DNA of 55,460 bases, the filler included, from Sphacelaria rigidula (Eukaryota), in NCBI GenBank assembly GCA_964200075.2. It is 4 parts of 4 records of this genome, joined end to end, with 100 filler letters (N's around TTAATTAATTAA, not from the genome) between each part and the next. Parts side by side here need not be neighbours in the genome. Positions count along the whole stretch, not along the records: positions 13,893 to 27,682 come from CAXNAA020002665.1; positions 27,783 to 41,571 come from CAXNAA020002666.1; 2 more parts are not named here. One strand, written 5' to 3'. A program made the translations under genes and the position numbers. Below, piece after piece: positions 21,528 through 33,643 of the stretch. Each line of letters starts with the position of its first letter. The stretch's first letter is position 1. Under the pieces are notes generated by a model. The model was not told the DNA's origin and did not search any database. It was given only the letters and a program-made list of their open reading frames with translations.

Positions 21528-24500
21528 CTGGGAAATTTAAATGCAGCATGAGCAAAACGGAAAAGAGTGGGCCCGAGAACGTCCATCATCATCTGTAAGC
21601 ATCCATCGTGTGCCTTGTTTGTGGTTTGGGAGAGACCTTTCGCGCGAGGACAAGACGGGAGACACAGCCAATGAGGTAAAAATACGCATGTTCTGAAACA
21701 AGGATGATCGCAGTTCAGTTTACCGTACCTTCTCAAGATCGATGCCACTTGCGGGTAAATCAATCGCGCGATATGAACTGTACACACTTCAACAGAATTC
21801 CAACGCGAACTACCAGAGTAGCCAACGATGGATTTCATCGCAGAGAACAGGCTAGAACCTGTTTCTGCCCCAATCAAGCGGCCGAACATCAGGCGGAACA
21901 TCTCCCACAACATGCTCCATTCACCTTTACATCACCCACATACACTTCACACGCAAGCGCACTACTCCATTCACTTGCCCAAAACAAAACTACGACACGG
22001 GAGAGGAGAACCCCCGCCCCGGTCCCTGATCCTCACCTGTCCCCATTCCATCGTTCCATATCCCCCCCTCGCGCGTGACCTACCCCCGGCCGTGGCGGCA
22101 TATTTTGACCAACTCCCGGCGGGTACACGTGCGGTGGACCACCCGGACCCGGCCCGGACCCGTCAAACCAGGGTGGAGGTCCTCCCACGTGTCCCAGGCC
22201 ACCAGGCGGACCAGGCCTTCCGCCGGGCCCCCATGCATCGGGCGGCGCGCCTGGTGGTCCCCGCGGCGGGAAGTTACCTCTGCCCACCCCACTGTGCGGT
22301 GGTTGCATTGGACGCTGTTGTACGCGTGGGGTCACGCGATGGAATTATAAAAAAATGTGGGAAGGGTGTTGTAGGGTCGGCAAAATGCCGGAAAGTGAGG
22401 AATATACAAGAGGGACAAGCGCACATCGCAGGGTGGCTATGGCGAGAGGGGGGTGTACTCGTTGCACACCGTGGTCATATGACCAGTGACCTCGCATCCC
22501 TGCAAAGCCGGGACGGAGCACACCGGGTTTCCGCCGGACCAGGCTCGCAATCACCAAAGCGCGAAGCGCCGAGATGTGTTCCGCGAGTCGCATGAAGGTT
22601 AAGCTGCATCTTACTAAGATTGTTCAGCCCGAAGCCTACTGATTATCTTGCATTTGGATGACAGCGTACAATGAGTTGCTTCATTTTCTGGTGTCGCAAC
22701 TTCCAGCGACAGCCACAGGGTACTGCCTCAAGGGTGTCTCACCACGTAAACACTACGCATCTAGTACGATCATCCCCTTGGCGCGGAGTTGATATTCTTC
22801 ACCCCGCATAATATGACCTAGCTCGACCAAGGCCATGGTTTTGGCAAAATATCGCAAGCGAGAACAAACGGCAACCTGGTTGCCTAGCTTACGGACTGAG
22901 TGGCGTGTTGTACAGCGTCGTTGCCGATCGACGCCAACCCTAATAAGGGGGATAAGGAAAGGACGGGTGGGGCAAATCCACAACTCACGGAACTTAAATA
23001 TCGAGTGATTATGCAACCACTGTGTTGAGGTATACGATGCTATCGCTGCGTGCACGAGAAAACCCGCGGATTGCTGCCAAAAAGCAACCCGATGGAATTA
23101 TAGGAGTGACATTGGCCTTCCGCGGGGAACCGGTGGAGCCGGTCGACTCCACGCAGTTGTAGGAATCCGAACAGAAACACAGTGAGCTTGCTCAACCCGA
23201 AAATAGCTAAATAGATTGTAGTTTTCGAGCGACTCCTTCCTTTGCTGGTCGAAAGCTCACGTCATATTTGCGCGTGAGCGCGCGAGGGAGTGACGTAGTT
23301 CTTCAGGGTCGAAACTCACCGGCGGATCGCCGCCTCCTCGGCGCGGCCCACCTCCTGCGTGTCGCATATGGTTGCTATTCTTGGTGGACTTTGCGGTGGT
23401 TCGATTAAATTTGTCGTAGCGATTCCTGCGGCGCGAGCAAAGAGAGAGAGAAAATAATAAAGCGTGTCTTGCGATGTTATCGTACGGACATGCAAGACTG
23501 ATCCTACGAGAAAGCGTACATCTGCATGTGACCCATTACTGATCGCATCGTCAAAGCTGCATTATCTCAACCAGTCGCCGCGCTTTTGGCAGGCCAGCGG
23601 CGGCGGGCTGGAAATAAAAATTCAGGCGTTTCAGTTAGGAGACGACATCACCTCTCTCAATAAACCGAGGAATACTGTTCCGAGAGGCACACCCCTACAA
23701 GTCTCTCTATAGAACACTACCGAACAGAACAAAATGAGTCAAGATACACACACTGCGGATCATGACGAGATAAACGTCAACCGTGTGCCAAAAAAAAACA
23801 AAATCACGAGACACGTGACAACACGAGACGGAATAGAGGCACCGCAGTGCACCTGCGCAATAACGTGAGTCAGACCACGTCATGCTGAAATAAATCATTT
23901 TCAGACAGGAGTGAAAAATCGTGACGGAAGCTATGATCCAGGAGCGGCAGAGCAATGCCGTACTGTCCGACCCCAGGCTGGATTGCTGTTGGGGCAATTG
24001 GCGGCGGCGACAAGAGCAGCAACATACATCTAAGTTGCGGGTACTCTCGCCTGAGTTGCTTCTCGCAGTAAACCCGCCACGATTCTTCTGTGAAGCCGTA
24101 GTTGAAGAAATCTGCGACGTCTACGCCGGGATGTCGCCACGGTTGTTCTTCCATGCCGTCGATATCGACGTCAAACGCTGACTTTCCCGCTGGGACCTGT
24201 TGCGTATACCAAATGTTTTTTTTGTTCAATTGCACCGTTCTTGACGTACGTATCTAGCACTACATCACCGAACAGAGAGTGGGGTAAGTTGGTTGAAGGT
24301 GGCGGCAAGCTATTGTACGTTATACAAGACGGTTTAATAGGCAGATTCTCAAAGATTCGGCGTAACATCGCGGAGGAGGATATGGGCCGGGAGAGTGGTC
24401 CATAGCCCGCCATGAAGAGGTGAGACGGGGACAAGAAGCACAGCCGGGGACGATCTATCTCGACTGCTCAAGACAAAAGCGGAAATGTATAAGATGCTGG

Positions 24501-27085
24501 GGAAATGCGAATTCCACGAATAGCATGCTCCCATGAGCCCTGCAATAACTGCCACGCCGCGTCGGCGACAACGCGATGGGAGGATTGCTTTAGCACTCAA
24601 CCTCACTCAAGCTCATGCCGTGTACGTCCCCAAAGGACCGCCGTCAACGTTGAGGGCATATCCGGAATTTTTGCATTCGTCTTTCCAGTTTCCACCTGGA
24701 ATAATGGAAACGACTATTTTATGCTGGATTCCTTGTGCACACGTCCTACATACACTCTACATCCCATCAAAAGATGTCCTCCCAGCAGCACAAGTGGTCA
24801 GCATGATGACAATCATCCCCAAGAACAGCAACATCATATCTGCAAGCAATGCAGTCGCGGGGTGCGCAGTCTAGGGGCTACGCGTGCCCCAAACTGCATG
24901 AGACGAAGACAAGCACTGTGCTCTGCGTGCGGATCATTCTCGGAGGTAAGACTCTCTGAATCCGAACATGGAAATGGACATCACCACATGCAAATAGGTA
25001 ATAGTTGTGCAGCTTCCCTCTCTCCTAAAAAAAGGGAAATGTGCATGGAAAACGTGCAGAGGGAGCGAAAGCGCCCATGCTATCATATCGTTAGGAACGG
25101 CATTAAGAAAACAACACATTGGTACAAAGAGAGGCGTTTCAGCGAGTCAGAAAGTACAGCATACACATGTACAAACTGCTCCCCCCCCCCCCCCCCCGCC
25201 GCCACCACGCCCACTGCGCGACGCCGCCCCACCCCCGGAGCACACCGCCCCCCCCCCCCCCCCCCCCACGAGGTCAATGGTCTTATGACTATGGCATGCA
25301 TGATGATGAGTACACCCCCCCAACCCCCGCCCCCCGAAAACCCTCCCTACAGATAAATTTTGAACTGATCATGGAAAGTATCCGCATCAGATGATCAGTA
25401 CGGTAATACACGTACTCCGCAGATATCGGAATGGTTTTTACCGTGAACAAAAATAGCTACAACAAACTCATTATCTTTTCTTGCAAAGTTAGCTAGATGG
25501 CACCCGAACTTGCAAGAATCTTGGCACCTCACAAACTCGACGGTGGCCTACACACCTGCAATTCGGCAGTTGGGGGGTACTCTCCCGGCTTCAGCGACGG
25601 CCTTGCTCCAACAACCGGAGCCCCCTTTGATGGTACGAGCGAAGCGATTGCAGCCGCCGCCGACACCGGCTTCGACGCGGCGCTACTTTTGGTGGTGATA
25701 CTACTATTGCCGCTACTGTTGCTGGCAGCAGGGGGCGGGGTGTTCACCAGCGTGTTGGTACCTGATCGACGTGTGTACGCATGTTGACCGTATGAAGACT
25801 TGTCCACGTTCTACCAAAATAATCAATTTGACTCGAGTCCGTGGTACAGAGGATCTCCTTCTTGAGAGTCTGATGAACGGGGGAAAATATTTAGTTTTTT
25901 CGATTTTTTCGAGAGATTAGATTTTCGTTTCCGACTTCTCCCGAACGAACGATGCTGCGAAAATATGACGCTTGATTTTGGGAGCAAAACCGTAGTCAGT
26001 CTTCAATTGATCTATAGCGCGACCTGATCGAGAAATATGCTCTCACTTTTATTGGAGTTTTTTTTTTTCGAAACACTCGGATATTTCTGGGTTGGAAAAC
26101 AGACCCGTTAGTAAGACATCTTACATTTCGAGTGCGCTCTGCGTAACGTTGTGTAACTTACACGCAATATGGCTGATCGTCAGCATGGGAAACCTTGAGA
26201 AATACTGGAAATGTTCACAACGAAGGTAGGTAGAGCTACGAGCATGCGTATATCTGACGAGCGTTAGTATAACACCGCCTGCAGGCAGTATGCATAGGGG
26301 TTCTCACCACGCAGAAATCGTTTGGTGGGAGCGGCTGGAGCCGCAGGGGCTTCCCTCTCCCGCCCGACCACGATTCTAAAACCGTCGCCAACGTCATCAC
26401 CATCGCTACTGTCCTCTTCATCTCCCCCCGCGTTCGCTTGCCCTGCGTTAGTATTGCCCTTCTGATCACCAGCGCCTGAGACTGCCACCTCCTGCGATGC
26501 CGCTACCACGGCCGCCGTCACCGCAGCCACCCCCGCCGCACCGACAGACATCGGGTTCGCCTCTGACTTGACAGCTGTTCCTGGAGAGGACGCCTCTCGG
26601 CCGCCGCCTTCCTCGACCAAAACATTACCACCATCCGCTGAGTTCTTCTCGTTGGCAGTAGTTACAGGCGGCTCTATTTTTCTGCATGGCGCGGTCATGT
26701 CAGCCTGTTTGCTGTCCGTGGTATCAGCATCTGTTGCTTCAGAATCAGCTTCAGCCGGAGCTTCGACTGCGGGGTCGGATGATTTAGCAATCAGAGATGG
26801 CGGAGACCCTGCCGCCCTCGATTCGCTTTCGCTGCCGCCCGCTCCTGCTGCGGTGTTTGTTACAGACGCTTTCGTTTCTACTTCTTCTGCGATCTCCTCC
26901 TCAACCTTCGTCGCCCGTCCCTTCAGCGAGGCTGCTGTAGACTTGCTGTTCGGGGTGAACGCCAAGAACGCGTCATGAAGAGCGGAGGAGTGGGTGTTTC
27001 GAATCCTGGCCGTAGTGTCTGCCTGTCTGCGCAATGGTTTTACGGCACTTGTACTTATACGACCTGTTTTGATACGTTGGGCCAT
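21374..27085 (-). CDS. FIP1: FIP1-like pre-mRNA 3'-end processing factor, multi-exon gene span (5' end uncertain)
   Basis: Fip1 motif exon plus phase-compatible GT-AG exons upstream (26308 to 25761) and downstream (22037 to 21527); acidic N-terminal part and Pro/Gly-rich C-terminal part as in FIP1 proteins. Confidence 0.85.
22037..22279 (-). CDS. FIP1: FIP1-like exon, Pro/Gly-rich (GNFPPRGPPGAPPDAW...WNGDR)
   Basis: Pro/Gly-rich frame; donor AG|GTGAGG in phase with the last exon. Confidence 0.75.
22445..22950 (-). mobile_element. ~600-bp poly(C)-tailed element in a FIP1 intron
   Basis: Colinear with 9222-9735; GAGGGGGG at left, AAGGGGG at right. Confidence 0.85.
23320..23354 (-). CDS. Candidate 35-nt FIP1 micro-exon
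   Basis: CACGCAG|...|GTGAGT splice signals around a GC-rich 35-nt block; phase not resolved. Confidence 0.4.
24051..24196 (-). CDS. FIP1: FIP1-like exon encoding the Fip1 motif
   Basis: AFDVDIDGMEEQPWRHPGVDVADFFNYGFTEESWRVYCEKQLR is the hallmark Fip1 motif; acceptor AACAG|GTC; donor position approximate. Confidence 0.93.
25268..25335 (+). mobile_element. Severely 5'-truncated copy of the poly(C)-tailed element inside a C-tract
   Basis: C-run then CGAGGTCAATGGTCTTATGACTATGGCATGCATGATGATGAGTACACCCCCCAACCCCCGCCCCCC. Confidence 0.75.
25556..25761 (-). CDS. FIP1: FIP1-like exon (GTNTLVNTPPP...PPTAELQ)
   Basis: Acceptor ATCAG|GT in phase with the previous exon; donor CAG|GTGTGT. Confidence 0.7.
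26308..27085 (-). CDS. FIP1: FIP1-like exon, acidic/Ala-rich N-terminal region (true start may be the acceptor at 26945)
   Basis: ...GGDEEDSSDGDDVGDGFRIVV... resembles the acidic D/E-then-IVL segment of FIP1; donor G|GTGAGA at 26307. Confidence 0.75.
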
Positions 27086-27101
27086 GGCCGACCGGCAAGT
27101 A

Positions 27102-27682
27102 CAGTACTTTGCAGCTGAAATGGGGTATTATTATAGTCGGCGATTTTCAGTAGTGTTTTCGCGTGCCACCGTTCATCCCAGTGAAGGCTTGATCCCAAAG
27201 TTTGGGGATCGAAAAATACTAGGCTTCCGCTCTACATTCCGAAAGAAAATTATCTCTGCAGTCAATCTTGAGCGGCTTACGGGCTGACCGGTTTTTGGGG
27301 GACTACCCAGCTCCTGGTACTGACCCTTGAGTATTTTTGCTCGATTGAAGCAATCCCGCTCGTTTTCATGAACAAATATAAAGGGATGATTTTCTGAATT
27401 CCTGTTTATTCATTGCACTAAAGCTGAACATGTTTTTTTTTGCCCAGTGACGGTCGATAGCACCCCCGATACACGAAGGACTCAGTCCGTATCACCCTGA
27501 AGACACCAAGTAAAAATCGTGCCCTGGGCACGACCTGCTTTTTTCCCAATATCTAATAACGCTAGGGCTTTCAAGCGCTGAGGAAAAATAGTGTACAAAA
27601 AAAAAATCAGAAAAGTACCCAAAAACGAAAATTGCCCAACCGAGCTTTGTTTATCACAGGTGTGGGTTGTTGTTTTAGTGCC
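27102..27682. mobile_element. Tc1/mariner-like MITE, left part (cut by scaffold end)
   Basis: TA|CAGTACTTTGCAGCTGAAA terminus; colinear with 51739-52299. Confidence 0.75.
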
Positions 27683-27782
27683 NNNNNNNNNNNNNNNNNN
27701 NNNNNNNNNNNNNNNNNNNNNNNNNNTTAATTAATTAANNNNNNNNNNNNNNNNNNNNNNNNNNNNNNNNNNNNNNNNNNNN
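27683..27782. other. Artificial scaffold-joining linker
   Basis: N44-TTAATTAATTAA-N44. Confidence 0.97.
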
Positions 27783-28044
27783 AGTGTGGAGAAAGTACTG
27801 TTTTGGGCTCGAACCTCATTTCATTGATGAACCTCATTTTATAGAATCCTCTGTTTTTTGTTGCGTGTCGGATCCCATACGGTGGTAACGGTGCAGTATG
27901 CGGGATATGCACAGCTGACGCTGCTCGCAATAACTCTCTTTTCCCCCAATTCCTGGATGAAATTGGAGGGCAGAGTGAAGATTTACTTCGAGCTTCTTCT
28001 GCTGTTCAAATTCCAAATCTGCCAGTGTGCATGGGATTCGCGCA

Positions 28045-28285
28045 GCAGAAAAAGCTGTTCGAAATAGATCCTTTTTTTCTCGATTCAAATGGGCGAAAGA
28101 GTTATCTATTTTGAACAGGTTCTTCTGCTATTCGAAATAGATCCTTTTTTTGCCCAAATAAATCGGGAAAAAAAGGATCCGTTTCGAATAGCTTCTCCTG
28201 CTGTCCGGGATAAATTCCTTTTTCCCCGGTTTGAATCGGGCAAAAAGAGGATTCATCGCGGACAGCAGGAGAAGCTATTCAAAAA
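28045..28285. repeat. Cluster of overlapping inverted repeats
   Basis: Perfect 21-bp stem GAATAGCTTCTCCTGCTGTCC (28186) / GGACAGCAGGAGAAGCTATTC (ending 28280); TTCGAAATAGATCCTTTTTT recurs at ~28058 and ~28131 and inverted at ~28170-28190. Confidence 0.8.
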
Positions 28286-28659
28286 AATATAAATACAGAT
28301 TTTATACCAAAATAATTTAGAATTTTCCAAACTGGGAAGGCCTCTCCACAGGGTTGCTTGCAGGGTTTCGACAAAAACGCTACGCACAATGCTATTACAT
28401 GTACTAGGGTTTGCAAATGCTGCACAGGGATTTTCACAAAGACTGTGGAGAACCCTGTGCACCTCGTCCTGTAGGGTGCTATTTGTCCACGTGTGTGGCG
28501 CGTGTCGTGATATGTTGTTCGGTCGGTATATATATATATATATATCATGTCGCGAGCCTTGACATATTGGTGACGCAATATATTTCGACCAGTTTCCCAT
28601 GCCATCACGGTGCTCGGGAGAAAGGTCGATACATATTGCGTCGAAATATTGGGCGGACA

Positions 28660-30620
28660 ATATACATTACGTATTGTGTTGTCCAGGGTGTGAAAAAATG
28701 CAAACACACTCTCCGGACGTGATGTGCGACCTCGCTGATCCTCAAAAACATGTTATCCGCAATTATGTTTCAACATCCCGTGCACACAGGGTATTGTCAA
28801 GAGTGGGAACGAATTTTGTACAGGATTGAACAGAGGTGGGATTCGTTTGCAGCAATCAAATGAGCGAGGCCGTACATCACGGCCGAAGAATATATTTGCA
28901 TCCCTCCCCAAACGTATTCCAATGCTCGCTTGTGAACATTCCTGAGGCCCATTCTAAAGAGCTCTACCTAGAATCTGTAAAACCCTGTGGTGAAACAGGA
29001 ATGAACGAGCACATGTTACCACATTTACCATATTGAGCAGGAAGTCAACGCAACAGCTCAATAAAGAACACAAAGGCACCCCTGGCACCTCCCTATCGAA
29101 GTAAGTATGCGATTATTGTGCCCACAATAATGAATTGCGTTTATCTTGAAGTACGCAGTTTTGAAACGTACAATACGCAAACCTGGAGACGTCGGAAAAA
29201 GTGGGCATGCCAAAAGAGAATACATATCGAAACGAAAAGTCGACGGAGAAAAAAAAAGAGAGGCAAATCTGGCACAGGTTTCAACGAGCGGAGGTGGAAG
29301 AATCATATTACCCCAAAGTAGCCTGGCTACCGGAAAGAAATTCCTTCTTGAAGAATATTCTTGCCCGAAGTCGAGAGCAAAAAACGCCAAAACGAAGAGT
29401 AATATGGGTAAGAGCCTAACAATCACACCCCGCCAGCTATACGTTGAAATATTCCTTACTGTTCTGCTAAAAATACAGCATTTTTTCTCGTATAGTACGG
29501 TACTGCATCGAACTTATCGTTATCATTGTGGCTATCGTTATAATTATCATTCTATCGAACCGTTGTTTTCGATACGATAACGATAGCGATACCAATATTT
29601 CGATACGATATATCGTACCTTTCGATACGATATCCAACACTACCACTCATAGCTATGCGGTCGGACGAGGAACACTTTCGTCATCCTACGATAGGGGGTG
29701 GGGGGTGTATTTCATGATCTTACATGTCGTAGCCACGGGTTAAACACTGCCTCATTGGTGTATCACCATTTTTCAAACGCTATGTAGTACGATCATCCCC
29801 TTTGCACGGGGTTCAGGTTATCCACCTCGCCCAACACGATCTATCTCAACGACCATCATGGTTACCACGACAGAACGCAAGCGAAAAAAGAGACGGTGAT
29901 CTGGTTTCCTGGCTTAGGCAGTGAGTTGCATGTTAACAACATAGTTGCCAACCGACGCCAAGCCTCAAGAGCAGGGGCGACAGGGGGAGAGGGGGGGGAT
30001 CCAGAGCCAGTTGTTGCAGGAAAATGCCACTTAAAATCATTGTTGGAAACAGGAAAGTTTGTTCGAACGCGCTTGATGCCAATAAGACACATGCATTGAT
30101 AGTGCTAGACATCGTTCTTACCCGAATTGAAGCACAACGCGAGTGTGTTGGATCGTCTGACACGCCTGTGAGTCCCTGTCTCGCGTGCCATCAAACACCC
30201 GCCTCCTATCGTAGGACCACTAGTTAGCAACGTTTGCAGCCAGTTCACCGATAACACCAGCGTTTCGTGTGCCCGTGATCACTCGTGCTCGGCTGTGTGG
30301 ATTGCTCGCGCTACGTTGAGGGTTGTTGAAATGATTCACCATCCCGAACTGTTGGGGCCAGTTTGAGTAGCTGTTTGTTTGTATGCCAAAGCTTCCATTT
30401 TAGCTCAAATTACAGGCGGCATAACGTGTTCATGCAGAGCCGTTGACTTGCAAGAATTCGCATTGCCGTGCAAATATGATCAATTTGTAGCCAAATATGG
30501 CTGCTTAAAGTGTCGATGCAGAGCGGTTCATCACCTCCTTGATCTATTGACCTGTCACCTCACCATTGCCAAAGCCCGTTCCACCGTTGGCATCTGCTCT
30601 TCTATCCCTCGAAGGTAGAA
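28660..30620 (+). pseudogene. Probable decayed MULE (Mutator-like) transposase with SWIM finger, interrupted by insertions
   Basis: TCSCRAVDLQEFALPCKY (SWIM-like, H to Y) at ~30424-30477; upstream RTRLMPI...LIVLDIV and HVIRNY resemble MULE transposase segments. Confidence 0.4.
29694..30000 (-). mobile_element. Internally deleted copy of the ~600-bp poly(C)-tailed element
   Basis: GGGGTGGGGGGTGTATTTCATGATCTT joined directly to ACACTGCCTCA...CCGACGCCAA; G-tracts on both sides. Confidence 0.75.
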
Positions 30621-33280
30621 GCTATTAATGTATACTGGCCAGATATGTTGTCTTCGCGCTAGCGTACGCGTATATCTAGGCCAGAAGCAAACCCACGCAG
30701 CACCAACTGTTGAGGTCGCAATTTTTGTTTACAAATGGCCGCCATGCCCCATCATTGAGCTGACCGGAGTCATGGATCACGCTTCTTCCGATATCCCCCA
30801 CGCAGGTGGAGGGGGATAAAGCGGCAGCTACTCTTCGTGGTTGTGTAAAGGGCGCACGATGTTTCATGCAGATTCCTACGGGCTCCGCGGGCCACTAGTA
30901 AGGACCATAACATGATGAGTAGAACAAGTGTGATACTTCAGCAGCCTATCGGTCGGACGACTTGTGCTCCTGTGTGGCGAGTGAGGGATTCAGCAAGTGA
31001 CCACCAGTTTTATCTGCCGCCCTCAGATACAATATATAAGCGTGAAAACTCTTTCCAGATACCACCACCAGATCATCACGAATACCGATAATGCTCTCAT
31101 CTCTAACATGGGAAGCATAACTTTAGTAAAACCACTACATGATCCTATGAGAACAACAATGGTTACGTGAGCTGTGTTCATCACGTTGTGTGGTAAGCGT
31201 GCCCCTAATCTCGAGTGAGCACGTTTGGACGCCTCGTTTCACGTCGCCACGCCAGCCAATCCTACTGCATATCATCGCGGCCAATGTTTGCCCCTCCTTT
31301 CCCCCCGTTCAATGATACTTGAACAGGCCTTTGTGTGATCCACAGTTGAAGCGTCGTTTCTATGCTTTTTTTTACCCCATCTTTGGGGTGGACACAATGT
31401 TGTTTTCTCTAGATACACAAGAGGATACGGCTGAGAACTTGTATGTGGGCTACCTCGATTCACGTGAGCAGCATCGCCTACAAGGGGTGCACAAATACAC
31501 CCACTGCTCGCCTCAGGTTCTCGTGGTTCGCACGCCAACGAATGTCCCATGACGATAGCTCGGGTGGGCACGTGCTTCGACCGCTGACTGCGCGATGCAC
31601 ATGAAAACAAGTGCACATCTGTAGGAACTGAAATATGCAGATGTAGACCGCTATCTCTGAACAGATGCTGGACTAGGCAGTATTTTTCAATAAGACTCTT
31701 CGTTCGGCTTCGGTTCACCTTTTCTTCGGGCGTTTCTCGGCATACCAGTGAGTCTGTTTCTGGACGGGCGGGTACGGTCCAACATTTTCAAGCTAGTGAT
31801 CTTGTCGGTGACTACCTACCAAAGGGCCGTGAACGCCCGGCGGAACAAGAGGGGCGCAGAGGTGAGCCTCTGGAGCTTCGCAGCGGCCAGAGACAGCACG
31901 TACCTCTTCAACGGCAGGCCGGCATCGATGAAGCTGCTGTCAGCCAGTGAGCTCCGCCGGTATTACGACGGGATCATTTCGTGAGTGACCCCGGTCGCCC
32001 CACGAGGGTCGCCGTACTAAGTGTGCGGAGTAATGAACATAGCCTCAATCTGTTGCAGCAGGTACGTGTGCGGTATTGAATAGAACATGCCTCTTGATCA
32101 ATTCTGTGTGATAAGAAATTTGTGTGAAATGTTCGCGTGTACTGCGTCAAGAAAGCGCGTGGACAGTGGTTTTCGCAAGACAAGACACGTTGCGATAAGT
32201 TCAGCGCTCGCTAAGCAAACATGTCTAGAACCAAAACCTAAAATCGATCACGAATCATTTCTGTATTGTTCTGGTGTTTCAAATATGCAGAATGCTGTCC
32301 GACAGCTGTGTGACCCAGGAGCAGCAGCGGCCACCGTGCCGACCGCGGAGAAGATCGGGGCGGAATGGACTGTGCTGTTGGTGAGCCACTGTCATTACAC
32401 CATACCAAATTTGGAGGGTGCCTGATGGGCGTATATGATATATTCGCTGATTTCGCCAGTTTCTCTCCTACTGTCCCTACCCGATAAATCTTGCTGCCAG
32501 AGATGGGTTTGGGCGAACAAACATCACCGGAAGTGTCGCTGCGGTTGCCTCCTTCACTGCCTCAAGTATTGCGAGAAGCGCGAAAAAAGCAGTCGTACCA
32601 TAGCTCAACAGCTTATCTCGCATGAGGTGGAAGTTGGAACAGGAAGTAGTGTTGACTAGAAGCCACCGCGGACATGCCCAGTATCCCTCACCTGACAAAC
32701 GTCGCCCTCGGTCATGTGATACGGCCTCTGTCAGACTGCTCGTCTCGTTTCCGTTGATGGCTACGCCGATAAAAGGATGAAGGCGGCAAGAGGAATGGTC
32801 GACTTTGCGTTCAGAACGTTAGACGACAGTGAGGTGTATCACAAGCGTATCGCGGGGAAGGGCAGGTGACTACTAAACTTCACTTCTATGGTCCGCTAAT
32901 GATCGCGTATTGCTGCTCAGTTGCTTCGCTCGGCCAAAGGACTACCCCGCTCCCCCTGATATCGATCTCCTGCTGTGACGATACTTGTACAAATGTACGA
33001 CGTGGCGTAGCATGCTGCTTGAATTATGCTATGATAGCCCCCCCAAAAGCAGCCCAAAATCTGTCACGAACAATAAGACCACACAGCGCATGATAGCTGC
33101 TTTCAGGCAGCATAAAACCTCCGTTCTAGGCAACATTGGCGAGAATGATCCCACCCGTGGCAGTTCTTAGCTTCTCGGTGTGCTCCTTGATCACTCAGAT
33201 TGGCATGTAGATTCTGCAACCTCAAACCAGTCACCTTTCTAGATGGGGCTACCGCGCCATTACTCGCTTCAGAGAGTGAA

Positions 33281-33643
33281 GTGTGTGTGTTATGTTGTGT
33301 TGTCATCCCATTTATTCTGGTCGTCGGCCTACACCTTTCGGTATATGTGGGCACATCAGCCGGGGTCACACAGGAAAAAGGTCAACACAGGAGTTTTTTC
33401 TTTCGCATTTGTTTTAGTTTCTCATCTTTCTTCTACGGTGCTTGCCTTGTATTATTAATCGCGAAAGGGAGTCAGCAATCCCTTTCCCTCGTCGACCGTT
33501 AACTCAAAATTTGTGTACCTGGGACATCGTCGCTCTCTTCTTTGGGGCACTGTGTGATGAAAATCCTTGATCGCTCCGAGATTTGAAGACACGACCCAAC
33601 CATCAGATAGTTTCTAGGTTACCAAGTGAGCCACCGGAGCGAC
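33281..33643 (-). mobile_element. tRNA-derived SINE with (CA)n tail
   Basis: Reverse complement of 47605-47973; A-box TGGCTCACTTGG, decayed B-box. Confidence 0.8.

Noticed and set aside
21828-22595. 255-aa + strand ORF
   Set aside because: Antisense shadow of a GC-rich FIP1 exon running into a repeat.
26568-26978. 136-aa + strand ORF
   Set aside because: Antisense shadow of the FIP1 exon.
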